Position numbers and translations under genes: made by a program. From positions 41,044,001 to 41,108,000 of the forward strand of contig OX597825.1 in assembly GCA_951406725.2 (NCBI GenBank): a stretch of DNA of 64,000 bases, read 5' to 3'. Source of the DNA: Octopus vulgaris (taxonomy: Eukaryota). Below, in pieces: positions 40,505-53,095 of this stretch. The notes under the pieces were generated by a model. It was not told where the DNA came from. It did no database searches and saw nothing but the letters and a program-made list of their open reading frames with translations. How positions within the stretch are numbered: position 1 is the stretch's first letter; the number at the start of each line of letters is the position of its first letter.

Positions 40505-40975
40505 TACCGACAGACATTCAGTCAGACAACCCAAATGAACAGCCATAGTTTCATCTGATGGGTCTATTACATGACCAATCAGTCTGAGGCAGAAGCAGGA
40601 TATGGTTTTCTTGAATGTTCTTCAGGTTCACTTTAAGAAAATGTTTTGGCATTCAGTTTATCACAGTCTCCCCCCGCCCATTTGCCATGGAGACAGTTCT
40701 GGATATTTACACAGACACCTCCAGGTTCCAGGTTCTTGGATATACCCATTCTGAACATTCACATAACATCTCATAAGCAACTTCTACAGATGTGCCATAG
40801 CTTTTGTCTTTTCCCCAAACAACAATTATTAATATTAGTCATTGTAAATAGCCAGTACCAAATATTTTTATGTCCATCAAAGCAGATTTCAGTTAAATAT
40901 TTTCAGGTTTGTTTCAGTTATCATTCATGCAACCAGCAAAATATGTTTTCATTTCTTTGCTACTTGAGCAGCAAC
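40505..40975. repeat. Diverged dispersed repeat, copy 1 (unclassified TE remnant)
   Basis: ACAGTT..GA.ATTT.CACAGACA.CTCCAGGTTC..CCATTCTGAACA..TCTCATAAG..CAATTATTAATATT.GTCA is shared with 42285-42735. Confidence 0.7.
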
Positions 40976-41099
40976 ACACAAGCAGTGGCATTGGTGGCCC
41001 TCAACTCAAGAAATAGCCAGTAAAATCACAAAATTGGTGACAACCGATTTTCATCGTTTCAATATTTGGTAATGTTCAACTCAAGAAAAAGCCAACAAT

Positions 41100-41950
41100 T
41101 GCTGCAACAATAGACCCAACTCATTAATCTCATGTAAATTAACTCGTCACCATTATAAACAAAGTGAATATCAACGAGCACAGAGAAACTGTTCATTACT
41201 CTTACCACTGCAATATCCTCTTGATGCTATAACATTATAAGACTATAAATGACTATAAATGGCTTAAATTATTTCTGTCCACGCGAAATAACAGTCAAAA
41301 CCAACTTTCAACTTCTAGGAAAATCATGTCTTCTTTCAAATGTGTGATTTAGGAGCAAATTTTATCCAGAAACTTCCTGATTTCACTGTAACAACTGGTA
41401 TTTGAGCTTTTCATATCCTTTCATTTGACTAATTCCAATTAATTTACATTTTAAATATAGCAACTTTATATGGTATCATGGATATTTCGCCATTCAACAC
41501 GTCTAAGCCAGATGTTTATCTTCCCACTTTTGTCTCTTTTATCTCCTCTGAACTGGCAATTTTTTGTAAAACGATTAGAGACAGAATTCATGCTATGCAA
41601 AAACCATGCAATGACAATGGCCTCGTTATCTTGCATGCTTATATTCTTGTAGCCAATAGTCTTCAAGAAATCATTTGTCCATTGCATGCAGCTATGTTCT
41701 TTCAAGTTATCTGTTCAAATACAGGAAATCAGCAGTTTCTTTAGCAGTTTGCATTTACACCATCCCTTGGAAAGAAGAATCTTCATCATGTACGCTGATC
41801 TTCAATCAATAGTCTGTGCATCATAATCCAACACGAATTAATATTACACAAGAGACATCAAACAGTTTAATGAAATTTCACAGTTTACTGTGAATATAAG
41901 TTATATCAAAGGAGCTGAAAATTTCTGCAACAGAAGCACTACCCCTTTTA
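41100..41950 (-). mobile_element. Probable hAT (Charlie-like) transposase remnant
   Basis: Minus-strand fragments loosely resemble the hAT motifs DVS..L, (H)CFLH and RWL.R (IAWFLHSMNSVS, IWLRRVE); heavily frameshifted. Confidence 0.4.
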
Positions 41951-42284
41951 TATATCAATATTTTACATTCTGGATACACTCAAACATTTTTTTCTAGACA
42001 AAAAAATTTTTCATTATACAGTACCCACTGCCCCTAAAAAGAAACAGAACTGTAGAACTTTGCATATCTTATGAGCTTATTATTGTTATATAGACATTTT
42101 TTCAGCATTTATTTTATGTTCAATGCATGTTTTCCTTATAATTGTTCTTTTTGAATTTGCATTGATCTATTATATTTTACTGCAAATTTTCTGTTTTATT
42201 GTTTCATTCTTTTCACTTTTACGTAAGAAACTGTCAACAGATGATTTGTTGTAGTAGTTCAAAATTTAACCATTAGATAATCTG

Positions 42285-42735
42285 TCAGACACTACAAGCA
42301 AACCCCCATAGTTTCACATGAGTGGTCTTTTAAGCTCCCAATCAGTGTGAAGCTGTGAGGTAAGATTGTTTTCTTTGATGTTCTTCTGGTCCCCTATATG
42401 GCACTCAGTTACCTGTAGAGTTTTGAAGGTGGTTGATTGACTTGAGTCTCCATTCTTGCTACGTAAACAGTTCCAGACATTTGCACAGACATCTCCAGGT
42501 TCTTGGATAGATCCATTCTGAACACAATGTCTCATAAGAAACATCTATGGAGACAGCATGGGTTTTCTCTCTTTCCAAGCCAGCAATTATTAATATTGGT
42601 CAGTGTGAATAGCCAACACCAAATATATTTATGTCTGGTAATAGATATTTCAGTTAAATGTTTGTGGGTTGGCTTCAGTTATAATTCATGAAGCCTGTGA
42701 AATATATTTTCATTTCCCCACTACTTAAGCAGCAA
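42285..42735. repeat. Diverged dispersed repeat, copy 2
   Basis: Same orientation as 40505-40975. Confidence 0.7.
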
Positions 42736-43494
42736 GCATCCAGCAACAAGTCCAACACCCAAATCACTAAGCCATGTGTCTACGCACACACACAGTGTGT
42801 GTGTATGCACAAAATTTGCGATATTGTGAGTTGAGAAACAGGAGAGAGCATGTGAGAGAGGGAAATAATAAAGAGAAGAATATGCTTATGTAAATGATTA
42901 AATAATTCTAAAATATATTATCATAATCAAACTCTTTCAAAGTAAATTACTTCATATTCTAATGCACATAATTACATATCAGCTATGTATGTGTGAAGAC
43001 GGGCAGTTAGCCTTCAGTTAAGATATATTGTAGTTTACTGAAACATTATGTAGCAAGAGAGGCAAAGCTACGAACATTAGTAATGTAAATTTGTTACAAA
43101 TAAACCTGGCAACAAGGCAAGATAGCATTAAATATTCGAAGAGAGACATATATTTTCACAAATGCTAATATTTAAATTATGTGCCATAATTATCTATTTA
43201 AACTTAGTTTGTACTTTTCAAACAAATGTTCCTTTCTTGATTCTTGTTCTATTGCATTTTCTGAACATCTAGTTAACAGTGTAGCAAGACTTGAAACCAA
43301 GTAGTCATACTGAAAAGTTAAAACCCTGGCATAGCAATAGCTTGTTTATGTGAAAGGCCAAGTTATGGACCAATCAGCAGCCAGGCTTCACATTGCAGAT
43401 CATTCTAGAACGTCCCTGTACAGGGGTTATAAATAGGCATGCTTTGAGTGCTAGCTTTGCTGAGTACTATTGGCATCAGAACAAAATGTTATCT

Positions 43495-43900
43495 CCACTC
43501 TTATCTTTGACTTGTTTCAGTCATTTGACTGCGGCCATGCTGGGGCACCACCTTGAAGAATCTTTTTTTGAAAGAATCAATCCCAGTATTTCTTCTTTTT
43601 TTTCTTAAGCCTCATACTTATTCTATCACATTCTTTAGCTGAACTGCTAAGTTACAGGGACGTAAGCACAACACCAATTGTCAAGAAATGGTGAGGGACA
43701 TCTTCAGACACAAAGATACACACACACACACAAACATATAAAGGGCTTCTTTCAGTTTCCATCTATCAAATCCACTCACAAAGCTTTGGTCAGCTTGACA
43801 CTATATTTGAAGATACTTGCCCAACATGCCACACAGTGGAACTGAACCTGAAACTATGTGGTTGTGAAGCCAACTTCTTACCACACAGCCACATCTGTGC
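43495..43900 (-). mobile_element. tRNA-derived SINE
   Basis: CTTGTTTCAGTCATTTGACTGCGGCCATGCTGGGGCACC...AAATCCACTCACAAAGCTTTGG...CTTACCACACAGCCAC. Confidence 0.9.
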
Positions 43901-45533
43901 TTATAAAGCTTATCTGTACAGCAACCAGCCAGTTCAATTTCACATGTCTCACCTCTTGTCTTAGTGTGAAGCAACATGCTGTCCAACTCCACACACACTC
44001 TTGCATTTACAATAGTTATTATCATGGTGCCTACTCAACCTTGATATGTCCTTATAGTTGGCCAATATGAATCCAATATGTATATTTTGCCCCTGTCTTG
44101 GCAAGTTTAAGTCTATAGTTTTTGTAATAAACTTTCGTGAATACAACAGAATTATTCTTTCTATTGTGCTGATTTGTTGTTGCAACTTTCTAATTCATGA
44201 CCAACCTGAAAAATTAGTTATATGACAAAATAAATCTTTTTAATTTATCACAAGTGTCGTGCATTCATTACACACACCCTAATTTCTACCAGCATCTCTT
44301 GTTTTACATCATAGTGTCTATCATAGAAAACCAGTGCCATATGCAACATCTCCTGTGATAACTTGTAAGCTGACAACACTGATTATAAGGATTTTTTAAC
44401 TTTGGCCACTGAGATTCCACACCTTAATCTAAATGTTCACTGGGTGAATTTTTCCAGTCTTCAGATCAATTGATTACTGTCAGTAAGCTGTCAACTGATT
44501 TTTAACATGGTATGGACAATGTAATTCTTGCCACATCTACAACAGGTTATAATATAAATTAGAATTGTGGATAAGCATGTAAATTTATTTTTTATTTAGA
44601 TATTTTGTCCTGATTTCGAAACAGAACACTGAACCTTCAGATGTATTAATACAAATTCCCCAATTTGATTTCCAGCATGATTTGACTATGAAGTTTGATA
44701 AAATGTTGGAAGGTAATTGGGCACTTGTAAATAATTTCTTTAGTGATTTGGGATGTTTTTTGCATTTAATTATCTGTCAGATTGCTAAAATGCTCCTCAG
44801 GTTTGGAATACATTTTAAAATGGGTAAATTTTAATTAGTTACCTTAAAGACCTTATTCACAGGGTTATATGTTGAAATGTAAAATGACACATTCATTTCT
44901 TTGATATTTGCTGTTCTTAAATCACTGACGTCAATTTCCTTTGCACTTTTTACTGTCAATTAATGATGAGGAATAAAACCCTTCAATCATATTATTTTGT
45001 TGTTCCTTTAGTCTTTTCCTTGAGTTTTCAGATTTGATATGATGGTATATATTCTTTTCATTGGATTAAAAAGAATATTGATTCTCATGTGTTTTGCAGG
45101 GCATAAGACATAAATATTGGCATGAGCCTGTTAGTTTCTAACACACATCTATCTTGATTCAATCCAGAGATTTTATGACCAACATGTCTAAGAAAAACAA
45201 GAGTAATTTTTCTTTGCTGTATTCCAAGGTATACTAAACTTTTATGCTAATACTATTTAAGAGAGATGAATTCAGAAAAGGTTATCCAAATTTTCTTCCA
45301 ATAAAATAAAACAATTGCCAAAATATTTTTCTCATTTTCCTTCAAATAACTGGGGAAAAAAATTATTCCTATATTTTTACCAAGATTTTTCATGTAATTT
45401 TATCTCAGAGTATCCCCTTACTAAATTTCAAATGCTTTGGGATAACTTTTGCCATGATATACAGTGAAAATAGTAAGGATTACACTGGTTAAACAAATAC
45501 ATTTATTAGAGAACAGATGATGATTTGAGTAAA

Positions 45534-45577
45534 TCAGGGTGAGTAAACGTCATGAGTATGACATTTACTCACCCTGA
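45534..45577. repeat. 20-bp stem / 4-nt loop hairpin with Tc1/mariner-like CAGGGTG ends
   Basis: TCAGGGTGAGTAAACGTCAT-GAGT-ATGACATTTACTCACCCTGA, one mismatch. Confidence 0.85.
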
Positions 45578-46234
45578 ACACTAAAAACTTCCTCACAGGG
45601 AATAGTAATATTGATCTGCAGGTCACACAACAACCAAATTTTGAACTCTTCTAATTACACCAATGCACAGGAAATTGAACACAACGACAAAAAAACATTA
45701 GAAACGATTTTATCAAAATATATAAATCGAGACCAAATAAATAATGGTGACACATATTTAATTCAAATACTTTTATGAAAATATATCTGTTCCACTCTCC
45801 TCTAAAGTCACTTCCCATATTACAAAGTGTACTTATACCAATTTAGATTACTAATGAACAAAGTATTAACCCATCCCTTGTTGTTAATATATCAATTCCA
45901 AGGCTACCTTAAGTGGATATACTATTATATACATCAACTTAAGGCTAATAGAAAACATTTTATGTACATATTACACTGACTATCAGATTTTGATACAATC
46001 TGATTGCGATAATAAATTTAGAAACAACTTTACATACAAAATAAAACGATCTAAGCAATCTGCATATATTATTTTTCCCCAATATCTTATGACCTGTCTA
46101 GGATATTTCAAACACTTTTTGATGGTGTATGTGTCTGGACATGTGCATCATATTTATGTGTATCTGTGCCTCACATACATACATAAATACATACATATAT
46201 ATATCATCATCATTTAGCATCCTCTTTCCATGCT

Positions 46235-46293
<59 letters not shown>

Positions 46294-46396
46294 TAAATAT
46301 ATATACATACATATACACACACTCATAAGTAAGCACATAAATGTAAAACACGGTGGAAAAAATAGTACTCAAATACTAAAGGTAGATTTATATGTC

Positions 46397-46532
46397 TTTA
46401 CTAAAGCTTCCAAAACATCACAAACTATTACTCAGAGTTTTACATTCCCAGACACTTGTAATCACAACTGTCCAACAAATGGTAACATGAAGCTAAGTAA
46501 CAATTTGTGAAGATTTTGGAGCCTTAATAAAA
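46397..46532. repeat. Decayed short palindrome, pLTR-like
   Basis: TTTACTAAAGCTTCCAAAACATCACAAACTATTACT matches the reverse complement of AGTAACAATTTGTGAAGATTTTGGAGCCTTAATAAAA. Confidence 0.65.
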
Positions 46533-46544
46533 GTAAATTTATAG

Positions 46545-46825
46545 TCAAGTTAACAGTTCCTCATGAAGATAACGTGGATGCCGCTCAGGCTCAAAAGATT
46601 GACCATTATGTAAACCTCCTCGAGGAATGTGAAAATGCAGACTGCAGCATTTTCCAGTCGAAGTCAAATGTAGAGGATTCATTGGACACAATGTGAGGTG
46701 AATGTTCTTATTGTTAGGCCTAACTCTCAAATACCACCATGAGTGATATCCAAATTACAGTGGAAAAAGTGAGCCATTGGATCTGGTTGAAAAGAGACGA
46801 TGAGCATTGGCTAGAAGAATATTAA
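46545..46825 (+). mobile_element. HERO/NeSL-type LINE 3' REL endonuclease fragment
   Basis: KLTVPHEDNVDAA...FPVEVKCRGFIG...VEKVSHWIWLKRDDEHW. Confidence 0.75.
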
Positions 46826-46829
46826 GCTA

Positions 46830-48672
46830 CATCTGATAACCAATTATCTAGCAAGCAGGGCCTCATGTCAGTGAGAGGTACTAGTGTGTAATGATGTCGT
46901 CAGAAGGTAGGCCCTGAAATGGCACACCTCTCCTAGCTTCCAATATGCAGAGCTTTTTTCAATTGGATGCACTTGCATGTGCAAGTTGTTTGCAAAACAT
47001 CAAAGAACTTGTAGTAGGTAGCTACTGACATACCAGAATAACGATTAGGCACCGTAGAAAGATAAGAGGACTGCTCAGAAAGATGAGCTGACAATGGTAA
47101 AGGCTATTGTGGCCAGGAAAGACTGGCAGAGGCTGAAGACTTACAATCCTCACCTCTGTACCATATTGTAACAACTACCAATGAGAACGACTGTGCCATG
47201 ATTGACTGAGAGTGGGGAGTCAAGAATCAATAAAAGCCAGTTAACACGGAAATAACCTTGGACATGAATATGGTCATTCCTCTAAACAGCGAATGAAGTG
47301 CAAACAACTTTGGATGCAAGCTGTGCCATAGGACATTTGCAACTGGAGAAGCTTAGAAATACATCAAGGAAAGACTTGTAAGAAGAGGAGACAGAGCAGT
47401 GTGGATTATCTGATCGTAAAAGACATGGAAACTGCAGGTTATGAGACTGGTGCATCAGATAGTACTCAGAAAAAAACTGAGGGTTCTGTGGCCTGCAGTT
47501 AATGAGAAAGGAAGATATAAAGAGTTTGAGAACAAGGTATGTCCAGCTCTTAATAAAATGACAGCATCTGCAGTGGAGCAACTGGGAAAGTTAGCAAGCT
47601 CAGTATATTATACGGGAAAGGAAATATTTGGAGTGAAATATTGGACCCAATTAATGAAAGAAAAGTATGGACTAAGTTGAAGGGTGAGGAAAATGAAACA
47701 TTTGACGGGGAAAAGAACAGCCTAAGAAAGCAATGGAAATGTGTGGAGGAAGACGAAAAACCTGGCCTCGTGCAGCTGTACGAAGATTTAAAAAGGAAAT
47801 GCAATTATGTGCAATGGCATATCTGCCAATATGAATGAAGAAAAGAAAGCAACATGACTCATGAACAGTTTCTGAAGGACCTGTATGGGGTTACTAAGAA
47901 GCTGTTCACTGAACTGAAGAGTGGCACCTTATTGTACACAAACAAAAAGGACTTGGTTGCTCATATCAAAGAAATCTACAGGCATCCAAACCAGCCATTT
48001 CCACCTATAAATGGGCTAAAGCATCTCTTATCGAATTTGAATTTGGGGATATCAGGGAGAAAGAGGTGAATGATTTTGTGAGCTGGAGCAAAGGAGGTGA
48101 TAGCATCTCGTATAAAGTATATGAATATTGCAACCATCTACAGAAGAAACTCTTTGTCCTCTCTGACAGCTGTGGCATGAAGAGACTCTAGTAGAAAACT
48201 AATGTATGGCAGAAGGCATATACCTGACAAAGGAGGTCAATGTAGAGAATATTAAACAGTTTAGGCCGATATCCTTATTGAATGTGGAAGGCAAGATCTT
48301 TATGGGAATTCTCTCAACAAGAATGGTGGCATATATACCGAGTAATGGATATGTTGATGAATCTTTTCTACAGGCCAGAATCCTTGGAGTTCCTGAATGC
48401 ATTGAGCATTGTTTTTCCAATCTGGAAAGTGATCCAGGATGTCAAACAGAACAAGACAAGTCTGAATATGGTATGGCTTGATCTAGCTAATGCATATGGC
48501 TCAGTGCTACACAAATTACTAATGAGAGCCATGTACCACTTCCATATTTCAGACAAAGTAACAAGATTAATGAGAGTATATTATGACAGTTTCAAAATGA
48601 GGTTTACAGCTGGAAAATTTTGCAACAGATCAGCTCTGATTGGGTGATTGGTATTGCTCCTGGATGCACAAT
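46830..48672 (+). mobile_element. HERO/NeSL-type LINE, 5' region to mid-RT, decayed
   Basis: VLWPAVNEK, AEGIYLTKE..NIKQFRPISLLNVEGKIF, GVPECIEH, VWLDLANAYGSVLH. Confidence 0.85.
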
Positions 48673-48739
48673 ATCTGAGATGTTCCATCTTACTAGATTT
48701 GTAGGTGATGACAAGACATTGTAGGAGGAACAAATCAGA

Positions 48740-49579
48740 AAACCTCCATATCTCATTCCATATATATATTAAAAGTGGCCATGAAAGTCTCAGATACAAG
48801 CCAAACTGCAAGCACCATATTTTATATTTACCTGGTAGCTTTGAATTATCTATTGCTGTTAATCCATCCTTGGGTTGTTTCATAATTTGCATTCCATGAC
48901 TCCTATCTCACAATATTCAAGCATATACATACCCCAAGCTCTTGGCAGGTTCTTTATTGACTGTTGGAATGCTCTCTTCAGCTATTTGAAATTTAACATC
49001 TTTTTGTACTCTCATAATAAACATCAGACTATACAACTTTTTTGCCCTGAATCGCATCCTTGACCACTTCATAAGCTCATATAGCCTCAAGAGGGCACTC
49101 TTCATCATTTGTTTGTCTGTTGACAGAAGTGTCACGTCATCTATGATTTCTTAGGTGATTGTACATGGGCGAGTTGTTCTGTAGAGTTCACTGCTTTCAA
49201 AATCATTTCCATGACTAGAATAAACCATGTGGCAAATATTATGCAGCCAGCAGCAATGTCAATCTCCAATAGGTGCCAATATGTTGTAAAATCTCCAGCT
49301 GTAAACCTCATCTCGAAACTGTCGTAATATATTCTCATTAATCTTGTTACTTTGTCTGAAATATGGAAGTGGTACATGGCTCTCATTAGTAATTTGTGTA
49401 GCACTGAGCCATATGCATTAGTTAGATCAAGCCATACCATATTCAGACTTGTCTTGTTCTGTTTGACATCCTGGATTACTTTCCAGATTGGAAAAACAAT
49501 GCTCAATGCATCTAGGGACTCCAGGGATTCTGGCCTGTTGAACAGATTCATCAACATATCCATTACTCGGTATATATGC
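48740..49579 (-). mobile_element. Inverted HERO LINE RT segment
   Basis: VWLDLTNAYGSVLH...IAAGC...DDVTLL...WSRMRFRAKK...IDNSKLPGKYKIWCLQFGL. Confidence 0.85.
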
Positions 49580-49617
<38 letters not shown>

Positions 49618-49779
49618 GTGAGAAAGTTGGTGTGTGAAAGCACGTGGTTGAATATATAGAAAATAGTAAAAAGGGAAAAAACTACAGAAGGCTTGTTTTA
49701 AAAGGTTAAAAAATATTTTTTTGAGTCATTATGTCAGAAGAATGTTATAAATTTTTTTCATACAATGACATAGTTTTTG

Positions 49780-49819
49780 AAGAAATGACCGGTTTCGCGT
49801 TCAGCTTTTCAAATTTCTT
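49780..49819 (-). ncRNA. Minimal hammerhead variant (U3-A8), left arm
   Basis: Exact reverse complement of 50976-51015. Confidence 0.8.
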
Positions 49820-50403
49820 ACATCGTTATGTTTTCGTTGAGAAGTGTAAAGGAGAGTTCCAGGTAAGGGGAGGTAATAAGTGATTTCTTCTGGTGTAAGG
49901 GAGATAATCGCTTAATATTTCTTGCCTTTTTTTGGGGGTGAGTTTCTCTGTATAAGAATGTTGGAGTGGTTAAGTTTGGGCTTATATTTTTCAATGAAGA
50001 ATGTTTCCTTGTTTAGTCTAATTTGTGTTGGTGTTCCGATAGCACATTGGTAAAATGGAAAGATTAAAAATTGTAGTAGTAGTTGCTTTGCGCATTTCTC
50101 AATGTGCTCACTAAAGGGTATCATTCTGTATTCTGGGAATGCAATCTGTTGTCGATGCAGTGTGCATCTACGTCTGAGTGATAGAAACTTTGAGAAAAGT
50201 TCAATACAACAACACACCTTCCCCGAAAATACTACCCTACATATCCACATACAACCCCAGAAACAAAGAAGCCTTCACCATCATCACCCAGAATTTACCA
50301 ATACTTCATAAGGACCCCAAATTAAAGGAAATTCTAAATAAACAAAATCACTAAAAGCTACAAACAACCTAAATCACTTAAAAAGATTCTCACAAAGGCA
50401 AAA

Positions 50404-50883
50404 TTGCTTTCTGAAATTACGGATGCAAAAGTAAAAAAATGTGGTAGACCAAACTGTGCAACATGTCCAAACCTGCTAGAAGGATCAGAATTCCCCTTCA
50501 AAGAGAGACAGAAATTCAAGATCAAATCTAATTTTACTTATGCTTTTGAAAACATAATTTATGTCATAAGATGCTCGTGCTGCCACCAAAACTACGTGGG
50601 GTCGATAGGACTATCACTCAGACGTAGATGCACACTGCATCGACAACAGATTGCATTCCCAGAATACAAAATGATACCCTTTAGTGAGCACATTGAGAAA
50701 TGTGCAAAGCAACTACTACCACAATTTTTAATCTTTCCATTTTACCAATGTGCTATCGGAACACCAACACAAATTAGACTAAACAAGGAAACATTCTTCA
50801 TTGAAAAATATAAGCCCAAACTTAACCACTCCAACATTCTTATACAGAGAAACTCATCTCCCAAAAAAGGCAAGAAATATTAA
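50404..50883 (+). CDS. GIY-YIG endonuclease domain of a Penelope-like retroelement (C-terminal part of the ORF; TE-derived)
   Basis: KCGRPNCATC (CxxxxCxxC linker), NIIYVIRCSCCHQNYVGS, R..LHRQQI, HIEKC, KETFFIEKYKPKLN. Confidence 0.9.
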   Translation: MLSEITDAKVKKCGRPNCATCPNLLEGSEFPFKERQKFKIKSNFTYAFENIIYVIRCSCCHQNYVGSIGLSLRRRCTLHRQQIAFPEYKMIPFSEHIEKCAKQLLPQFLIFPFYQCAIGTPTQIRLNKETFFIEKYKPKLNHSNILIQRNSSPKKGKKY

Positions 50884-50975
50884 GCGATTATCTCCCTTAC
50901 ACCAGAAGAAATCACTTATTACCTCCCCTTACCTGGAACTCTCCTTTACACTTCTCAACGAAAACATAACGATGT

Positions 50976-51015
50976 AAGAAATTTGAAAAGCTGAACGCGA
51001 AACCGGTCATTTCTT
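50976..51015 (+). ncRNA. Minimal hammerhead variant (U3-A8), right arm
   Basis: AAGAAAT-TTGAAAA-GC tgaac GC-GAAA-CCGG-TC-ATTTCTT: 7-bp stem I, palindromic ACCGGT stem III, GUC site. Confidence 0.8.
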
Positions 51016-51133
51016 CAAAAACTATGTCATTGTATGAATAAAATTTATAACATTCTTCTGACATAATGACTCAAATATATATTTTTTAACCTTTTAAAAC
51101 AAGCCTTCTGTAGTTTTTTCACTTTTTACTATT

Positions 51134-51179
<46 letters not shown>

Positions 51180-51183
<4 letters not shown>

Positions 51184-51359
51184 ATAAGCAACAAGGCTAT
51201 ATATAGATCGCTAGCCACTAAACCTTTTTCTATTTTCTCTCCTTGTATATTTCTTTGTTCCTGTTTGTCAAAGAGCATAGGCTTAAAATGTAAAAGACTT
51301 TCTCGTTTCTGTTTGTTGCTAACACACCTGTCTATGTCTTTTGATTTTTTGTAAATTCT

Positions 51360-51365
<6 letters not shown>
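51180..51365 (+). mobile_element. pLTR-like fragment, family B (decayed HHR), inside (TA)n
   Basis: TTTTCTCTCCTTGT...AAGAGCATAGGCTTAAAATGTAAAAGACT...GTAAATTCTC; homologous to the copies at 62209 and 63595. Confidence 0.7.
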
Positions 51366-51412
<47 letters not shown>

Positions 51413-51749
51413 ATATATATGCATATTTATGTATATGTATATATATATATATGTATGTATGTGTGTAGTTTAAATATACATATATACATACACACCTATA
51501 TGTATATATAGGATATAAATATACATATATACACACATATATATACGTATATACATATCAACAAATAAAACCACTTGGGCTATATATTGAAAACACAGAT
51601 GCATGTATACATGTAAATAGAGATAAAAGAAAGACTGAAAATATTCATATGATGAGTATTCCTGTAAAAGTATATAGATAGAAAGTATGGTGTTAAAGGT
51701 CTGACAGCAGTCTGTGGGGCTTGGAATTACTTCATGATGATGGTGGATG

Positions 51750-52150
51750 TCGTTTGTAAAAACTGTCAAGGATATGCAACCAGTAGTGGAAGTATATAAC
51801 ATTAGGTAGAAATGTGAACTTTACATTTCTATAATATCCTCCACAATATGTTGTATTCCATGGAACTTTCTTTCAATGAACATATGTACTTGGCCAAGAT
51901 TGTCGAGTTCCATCTCTCTGGGATTATGCCTGGATGAGAAAATAGGCATATTAAAGAAATCTCAACACCCAGGCATCTATCCAAATAGCAGACACAAAAT
52001 TTCACAGCACTAGTATGGTTCCTCTATAGTCAGCCTAAGAACTTTTCAGCTTCACCTCAGAAGTGGGTCGATCTCGATATGTGGTAAATATTGCTGAAAG
52101 ACTTGAAGACGATATCCCAACAAAGCAACTATCCAATAACTGACACCAGT
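51750..52150 (-). mobile_element. Penelope-like GIY-YIG C-terminal remnant (third family)
   Basis: Minus frame NSTILAKYICSLKESSMEYNILWRIL resembles the ST.LSKYIW.LK...Y.I.W.IL motif of PLE endonucleases. Confidence 0.55.
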
Positions 52151-52244
52151 AAAAGAATCACCACAGTAAATAGTTTCTAACCCCAAATTCTCATTTTTTT
52201 CTAATTCACCATTTACGTAGTTTTGAATTTTTTATTATATAACA

Positions 52245-53095
52245 TATATACATTATTTACATTCGACAGATATTTGTCCTCATCTTGCTTGTTGTTAACA
52301 TGTTTCGGCTGATATACACTCCAGCCTTCTTCAGGTGTCTTGGGGAAATTTCAAACCTGGGTTCTCATTCCTAAGGTATTTTTCGATGTTATTATTATTA
52401 TTATTATTTAGGTCACTGCTAGGAATTGAAATTGGAATCTTAGGGTTAGTAGCCCGCGCTCTTAACTACGCCATATGACTGTGGGCAATTATGGAGTGAA
52501 TTTTATGGCTTATAAGTCTAATATTTTTCTATCCTTCCTTAATACCGGTTCCCATATTCTGCTCATATCTACACTCAGTCTGCTTAGGAGGTTGTTGTGT
52601 TCTAGCATACATGCTGTTTCTTTTAGTTTTCATATTTTCCAGAGGTGTTATTTTAACTTCATCCCACAGGGGGAGGTGGTCTCCATCTTTCCATACATGA
52701 TCAGCTATATCCGATTTATCAATATATCCTCGTGTCACAGCTTGGCAATGTTCATCTACCCTTATCTTGAGGGGGTGGCATGTTTCACCTTTGTACAACC
52801 TTCCATAGCTGCATGGGATGGAATACATGCAGTCTTTGATCAGACTCTCTTCTATTGGTGGTTTTACTCAAAAGGAGATACTTACGAAGTGTTGAATGTC
52901 CTGATGTCATAAGGGCCACATATCTTTTGTATCTTTTCAGAGAGGCCTTTCACACAGGGTAGACAGACTGTGGACAGTTTATTGGCCTCATCCTCTCTCT
53001 TCCTCATACTTGGAGTGGATAATATACTTTTGGGGGTAGTTGTTGCTTAACAGAACATTATTGAGCTTGATCATTTCTTCATGGTGTGTATACCG
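52245..53095 (-). mobile_element. Penelope-like element 3' part: GIY-YIG ORF, tRNA-like box, (AAT)n, HHR
   Basis: EMIKLNNVLLSNNYP...CLPCVKGLSEKIQKI...YSIPCSYGRLYKGETCHPLKIRVDEH..IADHVW; HHR core CTGAAGA-aGGCTG..CAGCC-GAAAC at 52297-52339. Confidence 0.85.
52412..52479 (-). promoter_or_regulatory. tRNA-like (Pol III A/B box) module in the PLE 3' UTR
   Basis: Minus strand GTCAT-A-TGGCGTAG-TTAAGAGC-GCGGG CTACTAA CCC...TTCAATTCC..CAGTGAC: acceptor-like GTCA/TGAC ends and an anticodon-like loop. Confidence 0.55.

Larger units (their letters stand above)
49653..51142 (+). mobile_element. Young Penelope-like element, 5'-truncated, with inverted terminal duplication of about 530 bp
   Basis: 49653-50184 is a near-identical reverse complement of 50611-51142; GIY-YIG ORF; (TA)n at or near both ends. 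Confidence 0.93.
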
